Assembly (NCBI RefSeq): GCF_000143415.4
Contig: NW_003314279.1
Coordinates: 1,811,679 to 1,875,678, forward strand
Direction of reading: 5' to 3'
From: Selaginella moellendorffii
Taxonomy: Eukaryota > Plantae > Lycopodiophyta
Length of the DNA stretch: 64,000 nucleotides
The notes under the pieces are model-generated. The model had not been told where the DNA came from and made no database searches. It saw only the letters and a list, made by a program, of their open reading frames with translations. Positions 50,201-64,000 of the stretch are shown here, piece after piece (positions within the stretch are counted from its first letter, which is position 1; each line of letters starts with the position of its first letter). The position numbers were made by a program, and so were the translations under genes.

Positions 50201-52763
50201 ACCAGGCCGGATCCGGATCAGGTTGTATGCTCCACAGAGGTCAATCTTGGTGAAGAAGCGGGCACTGTCGAGGCGTTCCAACAGGTCTGAGATCAGGGGC
50301 AGCGGATAACGGTTCCAAACAGTCACCTTGTTCAAACCTCAGTAGTCGATGACTAGCCGCAAGCTCCCATCCTTCTTCTTGACAAAAAAGATAGGCGCTC
50401 CAGCCGGGGACTGCGAATGCTGAATGTACCCCGAGGCAAGGTTCTCATCCACATACTCTTTGAGGGCCTTAAGCTCGGACGGGGATAACCCGTAGATAGG
50501 CCCCCACGGAGGTGACGCTCCTTTCTGTAAATCAATGGGACAATCATAAGGCCGATGAACAGGCAGTACACTAGCTTTTTTCTTGTCAAACACATCCCCA
50601 AAATCATGATACTTCTCAGGAAGACTAACAGGAGAAACATGCAAAGCAAAAAGAAAAAGAGGTTCTTCATGAAGGAGTTCTTTCATAGTGATTGTGGAGA
50701 TAGGAGGAGGCGTACGACTAAGTGGACTGATGAGACAAGGATACGGTCCAGTGTAAGATGAAAGAGAGGAAAAAGAAGAGGGTGAAAACTTTATAGAGTC
50801 AGGAACAGAACCCTGATTCGAGTTTAGGGAACTTTTCCTGATTCGGACTCGATGAACAGCAGGGGAAGCCGTGGGAGAGATGAGCTGTAATTCCTTCCAA
50901 CAGATCTGAGGCTGATGTAGTTGGAACCAAGGAAGACCAAGCACCACAGAGGAGGACTTGCTGTTGATGATGTTGAAGGCGATATTGGTGACGGTGGACC
51001 CTATGTGTACTCGAACGGGCAACGTTTCCCTAAGTCCAGAAGATGGAGATACAAAATGCCCGCCGATGCCTTCAACCCTCAAATCCCGTATGGTAGGAGA
51101 AAGAGGAACGTGATGTCGGGTAGCAAAGTCCGTGTCCATGAAGCAGGAAGTTGCACCCGAGTCTAGTAACGCCAGAGCCTTGAGTCTTGATTGTCCGGTG
51201 AAAGAAAGGAGACATGGGATGCAGAAGTTGCGGGAATTGGTGGTGGCTTTGATGAAAGGTGGTGAGGAGCTTGATAAAGAAGAAAAGTGATTTTTATTCG
51301 GGGAGTCCAAACAGACAGCTCCTACTCTGTTTGGACAGGTTCGTTTCGCGACTGTAATAGAGGTGGACTTTGAGGCAGAGTGAACTCGAGCAGTCGAGGA
51401 GGCTTCTTGGGACATACAGCTGCTTTGTGATTAGGATCAGCACAATAGAGGCAAAGATTATGAGATATTCGACGTTGCTTCTCAGCAGGACTCAACTTCC
51501 CTCTAATGAGTCGGGGAGTACCAGAAATATCCATCGGAACCGGAGCAATAGGTTCAGGAGTATGCCCTGAAGACTCAAGCTGGGATTCCTGAGTTTGGGA
51601 CGGAAAAACAGCGGCGTGGCAACTTTCCTGACGACGTTCAAAGAGACGATTGTCACATCGAACAGCTTTGTTGATGGCATCCGACAGGTCCTTGGGATCC
51701 TCCATGGTGACCAACAAATCCTTGACACCGTTGTTGAGGCCGAAACGAAATTGGTCAATCAGGGCCCGCTCATCCCACTGAGTGTCCAAAGCAAGGAGTT
51801 GGAACTCGGCAGCGTAGATCGAGGCAGGACGAGACCCCTGAGAGAGACGTCTCATCTTTGTGGTAGCAGCCCGAACCCAATCCGTCTCGCCAAAACATGC
51901 TTCGAGCTTCTCTTTGAACAATTGAAGATCCATCAGCTCTGGAACCACGACCCCTTTCATGCTCTTCTCCAGAAGAGGAGAAAACCATGACAAAGCTGCA
52001 CCTTCGAGCAACATCCCAATCGCGCCGATTTGAGACTCGGGAGTAGGGTACCGCCGATGTTGAAGTGCGAAGATCAACTCCATCTGGTTCAGGAATCCGC
52101 GAAGCTCCGAACGCTTGCCTGAAAATTTCGCCGGGAAGCTCACCTTTGGTTCAGGAACTTTACTGGATCCTTGAGCCGAAAGTGAAGCAAGCTCCTGCTG
52201 CATGCGAAGAAGGGTCGCCTTCAGCTCGGTATTCTCAGACTGGATTTTTGCAAGGACTTCAGCAAAGAAATTAGGATGGCTTGGAGACTCCATTGGCAAG
52301 AAGAAAGAAAGAAAGGGGGAAAAAAAGGCAAAGGTAATCAAACAATCAAAATGAGCTAAATCAAAAAATGAAAAAACACAATCTGAATCAAACTGTCAAG
52401 ACCCCTGACAAGATCAAGACTGGAAAATGCAAAAAGACAAAGAGAAAAAGCTAGTGGAAACAACGAAGAAGCCTTAGACTGGCGTTGATTCAGATTGTGG
52501 AAAAATGGAACAAGGCTAACCTATATATACTATAGGTTGATGAAGCTCCACCACTCTTGGATCGAGGACGGCCTAAATATAGCTGTGGTCGAGGAGGCGC
52601 CACATCATCATCAGGAATATGGCTCGAGACTTAGGAATCGGAAAGTGTCTCGAGAGTCAGGAATAGGGAAGTATCTCGAGAGTCAGGAATAGGGAAGTGT
52701 CTCGAGAGTCAGGAATGTGGTCTGCAGGTCAGGAATGTGGCAAGAATTGGGGGATTCTTGACA
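47257..52763 (-). mobile_element. Full-length chromovirus (Tf/Tcn1-like Ty3/gypsy with chromodomain)
   Basis: 370-bp LTRs 47257-47626 and 52394-52763 (7 differences counted); TSD GTTTT; PPT; gag from 52293; protease LLDSGA; RT YLDDIL; RNase H; integrase; chromodomain EYEVQDILD..YYLVDWKGYGPEEHTWEP; stop at 50339 and frameshifts. Confidence 0.97.
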
Positions 52764-53104
52764 GTTTTGTGTGGAGCCAAATATGTTAGGAGGGAGCAAG
52801 TTAGGAATGTTGTGGCTGGAGCAAGTGTATGCACAAATCACACAAGATTTTGACAAAATGTTGTGTTGATGATACTCTTTATTTAGTACAATATTGTGAA
52901 ATATCATCTCTTCCACTTCTCACTACATGTTCTTTAGCTCCACTTTTTATTGATTGTAGCCATGATGTCCACTATTGGGCATATGATGAAGTTGGTCACA
53001 CATATCAGCATTGTTAGCATTTTCTAGATTAACATCCTCCATTTCCTAGCTGGAGGCTTTAGCATCAACAACATCTTATTACTGTTGTTGTAATGAAAAG
53101 TTTA

Positions 53105-53691
53105 TATAAGTAACTAAAGAGAACGACTTGAGATACAATCCATAGGGTTCAAATATACAAGGAAAAGGCTTATGAAAAAGAGTGCACCTGTTTTTCCCAT
53201 TGGTTAAGGGTTTTGGGATACTTAAGGTTAAACATCCTTGCGTTTGAGTAGTACTAGGTTGGGTGACCTCCCAAAAAGTCTAAATTCAAAAGTTTATATT
53301 TAGTATCAGAGAGGTCTTGAATCCAACTTTATTGGTTGGGTAAGGGAATTATACCACATGTTGAGATTGATATCTGGCAGGTTCAATTTGCCTTTGGCTG
53401 GGGTCGACTCGAGGGGTAGGGTGTTAAAAGAGCAGGATTCTCAAGAGAGCTACAGCTTTTATCTTCTGTTCACGAGGGCATGAACTTGTAAGGAAGCATA
53501 ATAGATTATAAGCAACCAAAAAGAATGATTAAAAAGACAATCTATAATGATTTAAATATAGAGGGAAAAGGCCTATAAAAAAGAGTGCACCTCTTTTTCA
53601 AGGTTTTGAGATATTTAGGATTAAACATTTTTGAGTTTGAGTAGTACTAGGCTGGATGACCTCTTGAAAAGTCCAAATTTAAGAGCTTACA
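53105..53691 (+). mobile_element. Cassandra-like TRIM copy 2 (complete, decayed)
   Basis: LTRs 53105-53298 and 53507-53691; PBS TAGTATCAGAG; GAGTAGTACTAGGTTGGGTGACCTCC 5S-like core; internal region matches copy 1. Confidence 0.85.
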
Positions 53692-53829
53692 ATCTGAATA
53701 TTGAGATTCTTTTAAAAAATGAGGAATTAGGTGAATAGTGAAGGGTCTTTATATAAATAAATCAATGATCCTTTCATCCTTCTTTCTTGAGTACCATCAA
53801 GGGGTTCACTTAACACTACAAGTTTTCAT

Positions 53830-56800
53830 TCTACTTTAATCACTTAATTATGCCTTTAACCAATTGGAAGAGTCTCATGCATAACCTCCATAAGTCCTCA
53901 TTCTAACTTAGGGCACTTGCTAACCCTATGCGTGTTCTTATGACTATACCACCACCTAGTACTCTTTTTATCTTTTGCCACTAAATTGCCTTATTGCAAC
54001 CAGAGAAAACTCCCACTCCCACTTTTACTCATACTCCTACTCCTCTTCCTACTCCCACTCCTACTCCCTTATTGCAGCCATGGGCATCTTGAGAGAGGGA
54101 GAGGGAATATTCTAATTCTCAAAATATTCATATATAAACCACAAATATCAAAGGTTTTGCATTTTGTGTGTTAAGCTAAAGTATGGCGAGAGGGAGAGAG
54201 CTTAGGACATGAACAAAGCTATAAAGAGGAGGAGGATCAAGGTGCCATACCTCAACATGGTAAACCCAGCATAACATATATCTTATTTCTTTCTGGAGCA
54301 TTTCTTGATTGATGGAGAGGATCTATGAGGTTTGGAGTAGCAATCTTGGAGAGGGTAGGCTAGGAGTGGTAAAATTACCCTTATAGAGAGATTTTTGAGT
54401 GTTAGAGTGAAATTTCATCTTCTTGAAGCTATGGCATGCAATGCCAGTTTCCAATGGCGTTTTCTCCTTTGTCTTTGACCCATTTGAAGGGCTCTTTTTT
54501 TGGGTATGTAGATCTCAGGCTTCTCCGTCCATCTAGTATAGGCACTTGTGATCTAGTGGAGAAATGGAGTTTTAGTGATTTTTCTTTCAATTTTTATTCC
54601 TCTTCCTACATCCATCTTTTTTCAACCTAAGCTTGAATCCTAGGAAGAGATTGTACCAATTTGTTTGATGGGCTCTTAAATCTTGCTAATAGCTATCCAA
54701 AGAGTGGTTTGTTAGAGGCCAATTCGTTGGGAGCTGTGACATGTATGCATTTTTCTTTTAGCGTGCAAACACAATTCATTATGGAAGCTTTGCAAAGTGA
54801 GAATTCTCTCCAATTTTGTGCATCTTTGTAAAATCTTATTTCTAAGTGGTCTTAAGATATGGACAGAGTTATCCATCATCCAAATTTGTGCATTTCCATC
54901 ATTTTTTGTTAATCACACTTTAGTTTCTTTCTTCCCCACACTATAACAATTTTTGAGTGCCAATTTCTCGAGCGTCTAAATCTTATTTTCACTGTCGTTT
55001 GTTGTATCGTGTGTGCTTTGCTCTGCTCTTTCTTTTGAGTCATCACTTCAATATTCTCATAGAGTTTTAAGCCAAATTCAAGTCATTTTCTCTAGCATCA
55101 TATGATAAACGAAGTTGCATACCTCTCTAGCATATAAAGTTCTAGCCTTTCTTGCAATTTCTTACATCAGGATTGTAAATCCGTTTGTGATATCTCATTT
55201 TTATGTTGCATCATCTAATTTGATATCTAAATTCATGAGATTTTATTGTTCTTCACTAACTTTCATCCTTGTTTGAGTGTGATTATTATTCTTAAGATTT
55301 TTTCTCCCATCTTACACTTTGCTTTTGCAAATCTTTGTGTGAGGATGATCTAGCTTTTTAGGGTGACATTGAGCCACTTTCCAGGTGATTCCAAGAGTTT
55401 TTAATAGAAAAGCACAACACTTGTTTCTTTTAGAGATACCTTAACATTTTCACGCCTCTTGGAATTTTATTTTGGAATTTGCAACATTCATGACCATTTA
55501 TTTTGGTTATAAGCTTTGCTTAGGTGTTTGAGGACGATTCAACTTGCTAGATTGGGTGCATCACTTCATAGCATTTACCATATTTAGGCATTTGCAATGA
55601 TTCAAACATTTTATGCTGGTGATAACACATTCATAATCACCTAGAAGATCAATTTGGAAGGCACTAGTCTCCATTCTTAAAGGCAAGTTTTCACATTTAA
55701 GGCAAGAGTTTGATTTCCATAGATTCATATCGGATGAGAAGGATTCACTAAATCCAACAGATGCTTTGACTAGGGATTTACAGCAACCAGTAGAGACAGC
55801 TAATCCAGTCTATATCCTACAGCAGGGTGTGGATTTACCTCTCTTCACACTAGGAGCTTCACCAATACGGATTCATATAGTAAAATTTGAGGTTTTTTAT
55901 GACTTAAACGGAATCACAATGGATGCAAGCAAGCACAACCACTTTCTTCAATTGATGCATGGACAAGCTTGAGTTTGGGTAGAGTCATTCTTGAATATAG
56001 AGCAGGAATGATATATAGAGGTGAAGATACTCTTCCTCAAAATGTTTAGATAGGAGAAGGATCTTCAACAACTTCACACCAAGTTCTTTTCTTTCCTACA
56101 AACACAACATGAGTTTGTCATTGAGTATATTTGGCAGTTCAAGAAGCACTAGAAGCTATACCTCACTTAGATCCCAGACCTAATAGAGATAATCGTGGTT
56201 ACCACCTTTGTCTAGGGGCTAAAGCCACTCATCCAATGCAAACTTCTCAAGTATAAGCATATTGAGTGTTGTTCAACTTTTGAGCATGCCAAGAAGCTTG
56301 AAAAGGAGCTTTGCCTCATTCTAGGTGTCTCCTAAGTTGCCCAATCTCCATCCAGCCACCTCCTCAAGCATCTGATTGCAACAGTTTCTCACCAATCTAC
56401 ACCCAAAGTTGCAAAAGAGAGATAGCCACTAGCATTGGAATCTGCTATTACTGAATTTTGCTAGTACAAAAACCTCCTTGAGTGTCAATAACAAACTCTC
56501 TTGCAACACCAACAACAGTAGACTACCATTCTTGAGGAACTTAAGGCATTGAGATTTTAGCAAATAGAAACAGCATTGAGATGACCCTGTCATTGGTGTA
56601 CCCATTGTGAGGCTAGTACACACTCAACAAAATAGTGCTATCACCTCCATCTAGAGCTTTAACCTCCAAGGAGCCAATGTGTCCAGGAGCATCCACTTGC
56701 TGGTAACTCTGCACTTCAACCACCTCAATAAAGAGCACGACTTAGCTATTAACAAGGACTAGGTCCAACCATCACATACAAGTTGCCTTTTAAGTTGGCA

Positions 56801-58630
56801 TTTGTTGGCTCCCCTATAGTTGATGTTGGACCTTCTTAGCTTGACAACATATCTTCTTCGAGCTTGGCTAGTACATCTTCCATGACTCCTACCACATCTT
56901 CATCTCTTCTAACATACATCATGCAACAGCTATTACGCAGCTCAGTCACCCTTTTGCTCGGACAACTTTTACGATCAGTCCCAAGAATTGGATAGCAGTT
57001 AGAAACTCTTGCATGGTCCAACAAACCTCTTCTTCATGCTAGAGAGGAGATCCACATCATGGACACCACAACAACATAAGCTTTAGGAACTTTTATAGCA
57101 TTAGTCACTTTGGAAGATATTGTCATAGCAGAAGCACTCTTGGATTTAGGATCAGGGAGTAATGCCATCTCTTTGGCATTGGCAAAGTTTGCTGGGTTCC
57201 AGATCAAGAACAACACAATCGTCATCCTCAAAACCTTTGCAAACCATACTATGATTCCCATGGGTATATGTTGCAAAGTGCCTATATCAATCCTATGGAT
57301 CTCATCATTGGTGGATTTTGTGGTGGTGCATTTCCAGTATGTAAACTCCCACTCCCTCACCAATCTTATCTTCTTGGGATGCACATGGCACCTCCAAATA
57401 AATGCTAAGACATACTAGAATAAGGGAATGATGCAAATCAGTGATCATATCAAGACTACCAAACTGTATAACACTCATAGCCACTCCTTACAGAAGACAA
57501 CTCCAACTCCAACCCCTACTCCTATTGCTACTTCTTCCAAGTCTCCATGACATCCAACATTTCCAGCCAAGCTTGCTGTTGTCTTCCTCGAGCTCCTCAA
57601 CGATCCATCACTGCCAGAAATGGGGGTATTCAGCATCCACACTTTTTCTACATTCAATGCTACTACTGAACCATCCATGGCCATTTTCACTAGTGCTATA
57701 CAATCCCCATCACAATTAGAACTTGCTTCTTTTCTTAAGGCATAGGCACTTCCAGCAGTTCGAGAGGCATTCAAGAGGCTCTTATCCAGCCATATATCAA
57801 CTATATGCTCTTCTCCTTGCTCCATTCTGCAGCATATGTTCACAAAAGGTGGTTATCTTTCCCGAGTGCCACCAACAGCAACCAACTCCTTGGCCTCTTT
57901 ATTTGAGGACCAAGCTTCTTGGGTCAATAGCAGCATCTAAGTTTCTAGTCAAGCTTGGAGCTAGGGATAATGTGAAAATAGCAAGTGATGATGTGCCAGA
58001 TGGGAGTGACGACATTTTCTAGCATTCCAACAGTCATGGCGATGACTTTCAGTGATCAAGAGACTCTAGGAAACTCAAAGACATCAGCAGCACAACCTCC
58101 TACAGTCAAAGCACTTGAACACCTTGGATCTTACAAGTTTTAGAATGTGGCATTTTCCCTTGTTAAGGAGATCCCGACTACTCAATGTCTTTTATTTAGA
58201 CTTGCATCATGCTGTTTGCTCTTCTCTACTAACTTTGCCTTTCCAAGACACACTCATAGATCCATGTACTTTATCATGGATCCCTACAAGCTCAATAGAC
58301 GACACTCTTGCAACTACTCAATCCACTATTTCAGCTCCAAGTCTTTTTCCTCACCAATAAGGAGCTTCACACAAGGATCTAAGACCCTCACAGCACCATT
58401 TGGACATCGTGCATGCTAGTTAGGGAGCAAAAGGTGGTGCAGCCCTCAAAGGTGGCAAAAACACTGCTCCAATCTTTGTTTTTGACTTTGGCCACACTCA
58501 GGAGTCTTTGTACAACTTCCTTGACACTTACGGAAATTTTCTTCAGTCTACAGTAGCTCCATATCACCCTGGAGTCACTACTCAGTTGCTTCGCCATGGT
58601 ATTGTAGAGTTGTATGGCTTTAGGTTTCAT
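53830..58630 (+). mobile_element. Degenerate LTR-retrotransposon-derived insert with an aspartic protease remnant
   Basis: EALLDLGSGSNAIS...IPMG...VDFVVV..IFLGCTW at 57110-57418; the insert interrupts the decayed gypsy copy. Confidence 0.55.
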
Positions 58631-59196
58631 TACGTTTCAACTTTGGTTCTTAGCATGATGTTATCAAGTATAGAACTTTCACAGATACCATATTTTCTTT
58701 TGTCCCTCTTCTTCTACCTTTGTTTCCATCACTTTTATCTCCTCATCACTTCCTATTGTGTTTCCATCATGCTCCTTTATTCCCTCTCTAGATCCCTTAG
58801 ATAGTCTGTGTTGCACAGGGGATCAACTCAAGGAGTATATTGATATTTTAGACTTTGACTTGTTATCTGTGGCTAATATTGTAACACCTAATCCTATTCC
58901 AATTAAGGATACTCATCTAATCAATATTCTTGTTCGGTGTTGGTCACCAAAGAAGATTAAGATTTTACAAATATTAAAAAAATGTTAGAAAAGGGTGTTA
59001 TCTAAACATCTTAAAATCCTTTATAAACCTCATTTTATAACAAAACTTAATAAGAGTATTTACTTTTGCATAGACTATTATTTATTAAATGAGATGACTA
59101 TCCTAGATGTGTACACTATGATTAATTTTCACACTATATTTTCTAAAGACTACTTTTCTAGACTTATTATACCATTACATGGAAAGTCTGCTGATC

Positions 59197-62100
59197 AAAA
59201 AACTGTCCCTTCCAAGCTCTCAGTGTTCTCATTGAGAAATGGGTCATGCCAGATTCCTTCCACTATGCATTCTCGCACAGTATCACAAAGTTGCTGAATT
59301 CTTTGCCAAAGACAGTGGCAGCGGCGTGGAGGAGCCGATCCCATTCCTTGCTGAATTCCGCTCCTAGAGACTGGGCATGCTCCACAATCGACTTCTTGGT
59401 CGTGGAGCAAAGTTCCAGGAGCATGGCATGGTCGCTCTGTCCTTTCCTTGTCAGCATCCAGCCATACAGAAGCTGGCCAACCAACACACTTGCATCCACT
59501 GTGATAAAACCAGCACCGTGAGAATTGCAGTGGGATGACGAGTGCACGGAAACCCAGTGGTTGAGATGCTCGCAAATGCTTGCGTCCCATGATTCGTGTT
59601 CTCCAGCAGCCATGAGCTCCTGGACAAAAAAAAAACAAGCGAGACTTTTCGATTAGAAACAGCACCATCGTTTTCGTTTGGACGACTTACCTCCAATATC
59701 TGCCGAACACCAAAGCTGACGTCCACAGACTTCCACTCTATCCGCAGGAGCTCATGGAAAAGATCGTTGCACCACTTGATCCACTTCAAACTAAGCGGCA
59801 CGAGGCTACTAGCGTAAGTGTGTAGAAGCAAGAGCATGAGCTTGTCATGCTGCCCGCCACCGCCGGCTATGGCTTGAGCTTTCAAAGCGTCAAGCCAGTC
59901 GAAGGGCTGCTTGATGCTTTGGAGCTGAAGCAGCAGCCAGGTGAAAAAGAGGCTACTCACTGGGTCGCTCACGTCGAACAGAGAAGCGGCGTCTATAAGG
60001 CACGTAGATGTGGGGGTGGAGGGAATCCGTTTTGCGATGCTCACAACATCTGAAAAGAGTGAAAAAAAAAGAGTTAATCTTGAAAGCTAGCACAGGAGAA
60101 AGGGAAGCAATGCATACTTCCAACTTCTGATGCCATTACTTTACTGGCTTGGAAAGTCGATTGATCGAGCTGCAAGGGAGAGTTAGAATCTGCTTCCAGG
60201 AAAAGGAAAAAATAGAAAGGAGAAAAGCTCACCTCGGCAAGCCTGGTTACAGTGGAGGAGCAAAGAAGGGTGGAGAAGAGCAATCGCGATTCTGGGCGCT
60301 ATTGCTGCTGCCAACTACAATCTTGTCGCTGGCGCCTGAAGTTAGTCAGTGGCGATGACAAGAAGGCGTCTGGCACAGGAGCGCTAAGAACACGAGCAAT
60401 GGCCACGCTCCAGTGGAACCTTCCACTTGAGCTCAGACACAGTACAAGAGACTATCCCGTCGGGCATGACATCGAAAACCACGTCCCCGCCGGGCGATCC
60501 ATCTCGAGCCCAAACCGATCGAACGCTTAGCAATGACGTGAGGTTTTCTGATGGTGACATGAGCTATTGCTAGTGTAACGATGATAAACGGAGTCCATGG
60601 CGGGAGTTTGTGTTTGCAATGAGTTATGCTGCCAGTCATGCTCCAGGCCGCCTCTTACTGTCTCAAACTCTCTTCGAATCTTTACTCTTTCTAAGTCCTA
60701 CAGCATTGAGATGCTTTGGCTGGATGGTCGGTATGCTCTAGATAACACTTTATTCTTAGAGCTTCATGATGCGAATTCAGTAAGATGTTAAACTTTCTTT
60801 GTAGATACTGTCTATCATTTGTGCATTCAAGGTTGAGCCAGGAATCACTAATGGAATGATACTGTTTTTCTCAATAATTTTTGGACTGACTGACTGGCCT
60901 TTTGTGCGGGCTTGATCAGGCTTGGACAACATCAACTCAAAGTGCAAGTATACTTCAGATTGTTTAGTTCTCCTTGGCTTGCGAGTAAAGTTACACAAAT
61001 TTTTTGATATATCCCAACACGCTCAGCCTGGAGTGGCAGGTGACCATGCAGTAGTGAGAGATGTGATTTGGTGAAGATTGCAAGAGACGTGATTTAGTGA
61101 GGATTAGAGAATGGAGATCACTTCTAAGAACCTTGTGATTTTTCTATCTTGAAGTCAGATATTGACAAGGGGGTAGTTATGATAGCTTTGATATAACTGA
61201 GATTCTATTTAAAATGGATTTAGCTGAACCTTTAAAAATGCCATGTCATTATTATAATTGTTGCCAACTCAGCTAAATTCATTTTGTCTTTTTAAGTAAT
61301 GATTACTATTTCTATACATGGTACTATTTTATTAATTTGTTCTACCGGGTTCCAGGCATCAGGAGAATGGTATGTGGTGTTTAATATAGGTATCGATGTC
61401 AAACACATACTTGAAAACTAACTCATGATTTCTATGCATCCCCTTAATTTATGAAACCTTTGTCATTAATTTTCTTCTTCTTCTTCTTCTTACTAATTTT
61501 TCTATGGTAACATAAGCTTAGCAACAGTAAAAGTTCAAGCATTAGGAGTTCATTTCTTATCTGTTCTAAAAACTTTATGGCAAACATTTTATCTCTATTA
61601 TCAAATGTATTTTTTTCTCTCTGAATTCATAATAGCAACTCACATTTAAATGTGCAATTATGTTTTGAATTGCATGGACCTTTGTTTAAAAATTAAAATT
61701 AAAAATATCAAAAATTCAATTAAAATTATGGATTATCAAAATAAAATTCATGAAACTTTATTTTTCAAGATTGGAAAATTCAATTTAGAATTGCATGATG
61801 AAAATTTTGCTAAAATTATTTATAAAATATTGCATGTATTAATCAAGCTCAACACCAGAGTGTAGGGTCATGCACCCTAAGCTCAGAGTTGAGCCCCAAA
61901 CTCAAGCTGGGAACCTAGACCTAGTAGACATATGCTCTTCGTATTCACCACATACCAAAATACCAGAATGAGGAAACGAATTGGATCATTGGATTAGCCA
62001 ATTAAGCACTTGGCATCGACCACTTGGACATCCAAGGCTTCTATTAGAGCCTCTTGATCCATATGCAAACTGAGCAACTTGATGCATGCTCTTTGTGTTC

Positions 62101-64000
62101 ACCACATACCAAAATACCAAAATGAGGAAATGAATTGGATCATTGGATTTGCCAATTAAGCACTTGGCATTGAGGACATCCAAGGCTTCTATTAGAGCCT
62201 CTTGATCCATATGCAAACTGAACAACTCGGTAAAAGAGAGGAGAGAGTAAAAAAAAAAGTCACTACCTAAGTGTTCCATGAGCTCCATGAGTAGGATCTT
62301 TGGATCATTGCCTATGATCTAAACAAACTAATTAGTCTTGCAAGCAAAAAAAAGAAGACAAAAAAAAACTCATAGAATCAGTGCTCTATGGTTTGCTTGT
62401 GATCTCAACAAACCAATTAGTCTTGCAAAAAGAAAAAGACAAAAAAAAAAACTAGTCTAGACATCCAAAAGCTCTTCAACATGTCAATCAAGCTTGTCAC
62501 CATAAAATCATCCTCACTCCTCATCGTCAACCCTGGATCAATCACATTGCCACACACTTAATTGCAAGGACAAAACTATGAATTTCTAGAGTGATCTCCC
62601 ATTATCCACATAACTCAGCATCAAGAAATGATGCTGTGCCAGGGCATGCAATTGATGGAAGAGGAGGGTGCCTCTCTGTGTGACTAGGGTTTGTGCATAA
62701 AAGGTTTGTACAATTCAATTCCAATTCAAATGTTTATAAACACTAGGAAATCTTACCCATTGATTACTTGAGAAGATTTAATCTCAACCATAAAAGAGAA
62801 CATTCTTAGAATATGCTCAAACATAAGCTGAAAAGTCAACATCCTTGCAATATTCGATCATTACACGCCTACTGTTTATCTACTATTCAAGTCAATCTGC
62901 CCTAATGCAAATCATAATTTCTGTGTTTCTATACTGGAGAGCAGGACAGAAAGACATGTACACAAGACAAGAAGCACGAAGATTTGTGTTACAGCCCACG
63001 CATAGATTCCAGTCACAGGTGAATGGAAGAATGTTTAGATCCACTTATGCAAAATTCTATTTATCTCTCTATTATGCTACTTTGATAGTCTTGATGTGCA
63101 GCAACTTTCCTCTTGTGCACTGACCCAGACAATGGCATCACAAACTAGAACACCAAACAAGCCTTTGACACGCTAAAGTTCCACTGTTAGCTCTTTATAC
63201 AAGTCAAGCTGACCTCCCACAAGACATTTGGGAGATGCTGCCCCTTGATTCAGTTGGGAGCGCAAACATTTCGTATTGATTTTCAAATTTTGGGGTATCA
63301 CCATTTATTCTTTTAATTGGCTTCACCACCAAACACGAAGAATTGTTGCACAAGGAATCAGAGAAATCGAATCCATCACATTGTTAATCTATGATAAGAA
63401 AAGTCCAATCGAAAGAAAATTTCCAAAAGATAACATTGATTAGTGGCTAATCGATTTTATTGCCTTTCACTTGACGGGAGCAAGACGTTCGCGGGGGTAG
63501 GTCGGTCGGTCATGAAATTGACGACTTCTTTGCGTGGGGTAAAAACTAAATGCTCAAAAGTCCTTTTTACAGTAATTCTTACGGCCGGCCGTACTTCGGC
63601 CTGCCATTGGTTACCGCTTAATGGCTTCCGAATACAGCCGACTTTTGCTATTGCGTGGTCAAATCTTGCTGGCCTGTTGATGGAAGCAGGGGACTACAAA
63701 AGAGCTCTTGCTTATTATCAGGTTGGAAAACGCAAAGTTTATGTTTTCTGAATTTTTATCCATGCAGGAGGCTATTCGATTAAAGCCAAACTTTGCGAAC
63801 GCTCATTTGAATCTTGGGAACGCCTTGAAAGTAAGTTATGTGGCATGTTCCTAGTAAGCGGTCTAAAGATTGTGGTTTTTAGAATCTTGGTAAATCTCAG
63901 GAGTCCTACTTGCGAGCCATTCAACTCCGGCCAGACTATGCAATTGCGTACGGTACGCGCTACTTTCCAAGCTTTCTGAATGCGTCCTGGTCGAGCTTGA
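59197..64000 (+). repeat. Copy 2 of the segmental duplication (runs off the window end); includes the SEC fragment at about 63625-63955
   Basis: Matches 6852-11331. Confidence 0.95.

Larger units (their letters stand above)
46830..59110 (+). mobile_element. Fragmented, strongly AT-shifted second copy of the 21241-26224 gypsy family (pieces about 46830-47256, 52764-53104, 53692-53830, 58630-59110)
   Basis: Pieces align collinearly with 21770-22110, 22110-22525, 22540-22660 and 22700-23480. Confidence 0.85.

Overview
Eukaryotic plant nuclear DNA. The very short 45-60 nt introns and the gene content suggest a lycophyte such as Selaginella (inference). About two-thirds of the window is nested transposons and their relics. 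Two genes look intact: a full-size ABCG/PDR transporter (27942-33501, -) and a secreted bulb-type (GNA-like) lectin with an unassigned N-terminal domain (15298-16209, -). The ABCG gene is flanked by decayed FtsH4 and ELP3 copies. A mosaic of gene fragments (SEC/OGT, SET domain, LamG, PICKLE) follows a Sola2-like transposase relic, and about 4.5 kb of that region is duplicated at the right end of the window. Mobile elements include a complete hAT element, a self-priming chromovirus, a short-LTR Ty3/gypsy plus a heavily mutated and fragmented second copy, and two Cassandra-like TRIMs with 5S rRNA-like LTRs. The most unusual feature is a degenerate Ty3/gypsy whose pol gene is interrupted by at least three to four short spliceosomal-type introns, two of them inside the reverse transcriptase.
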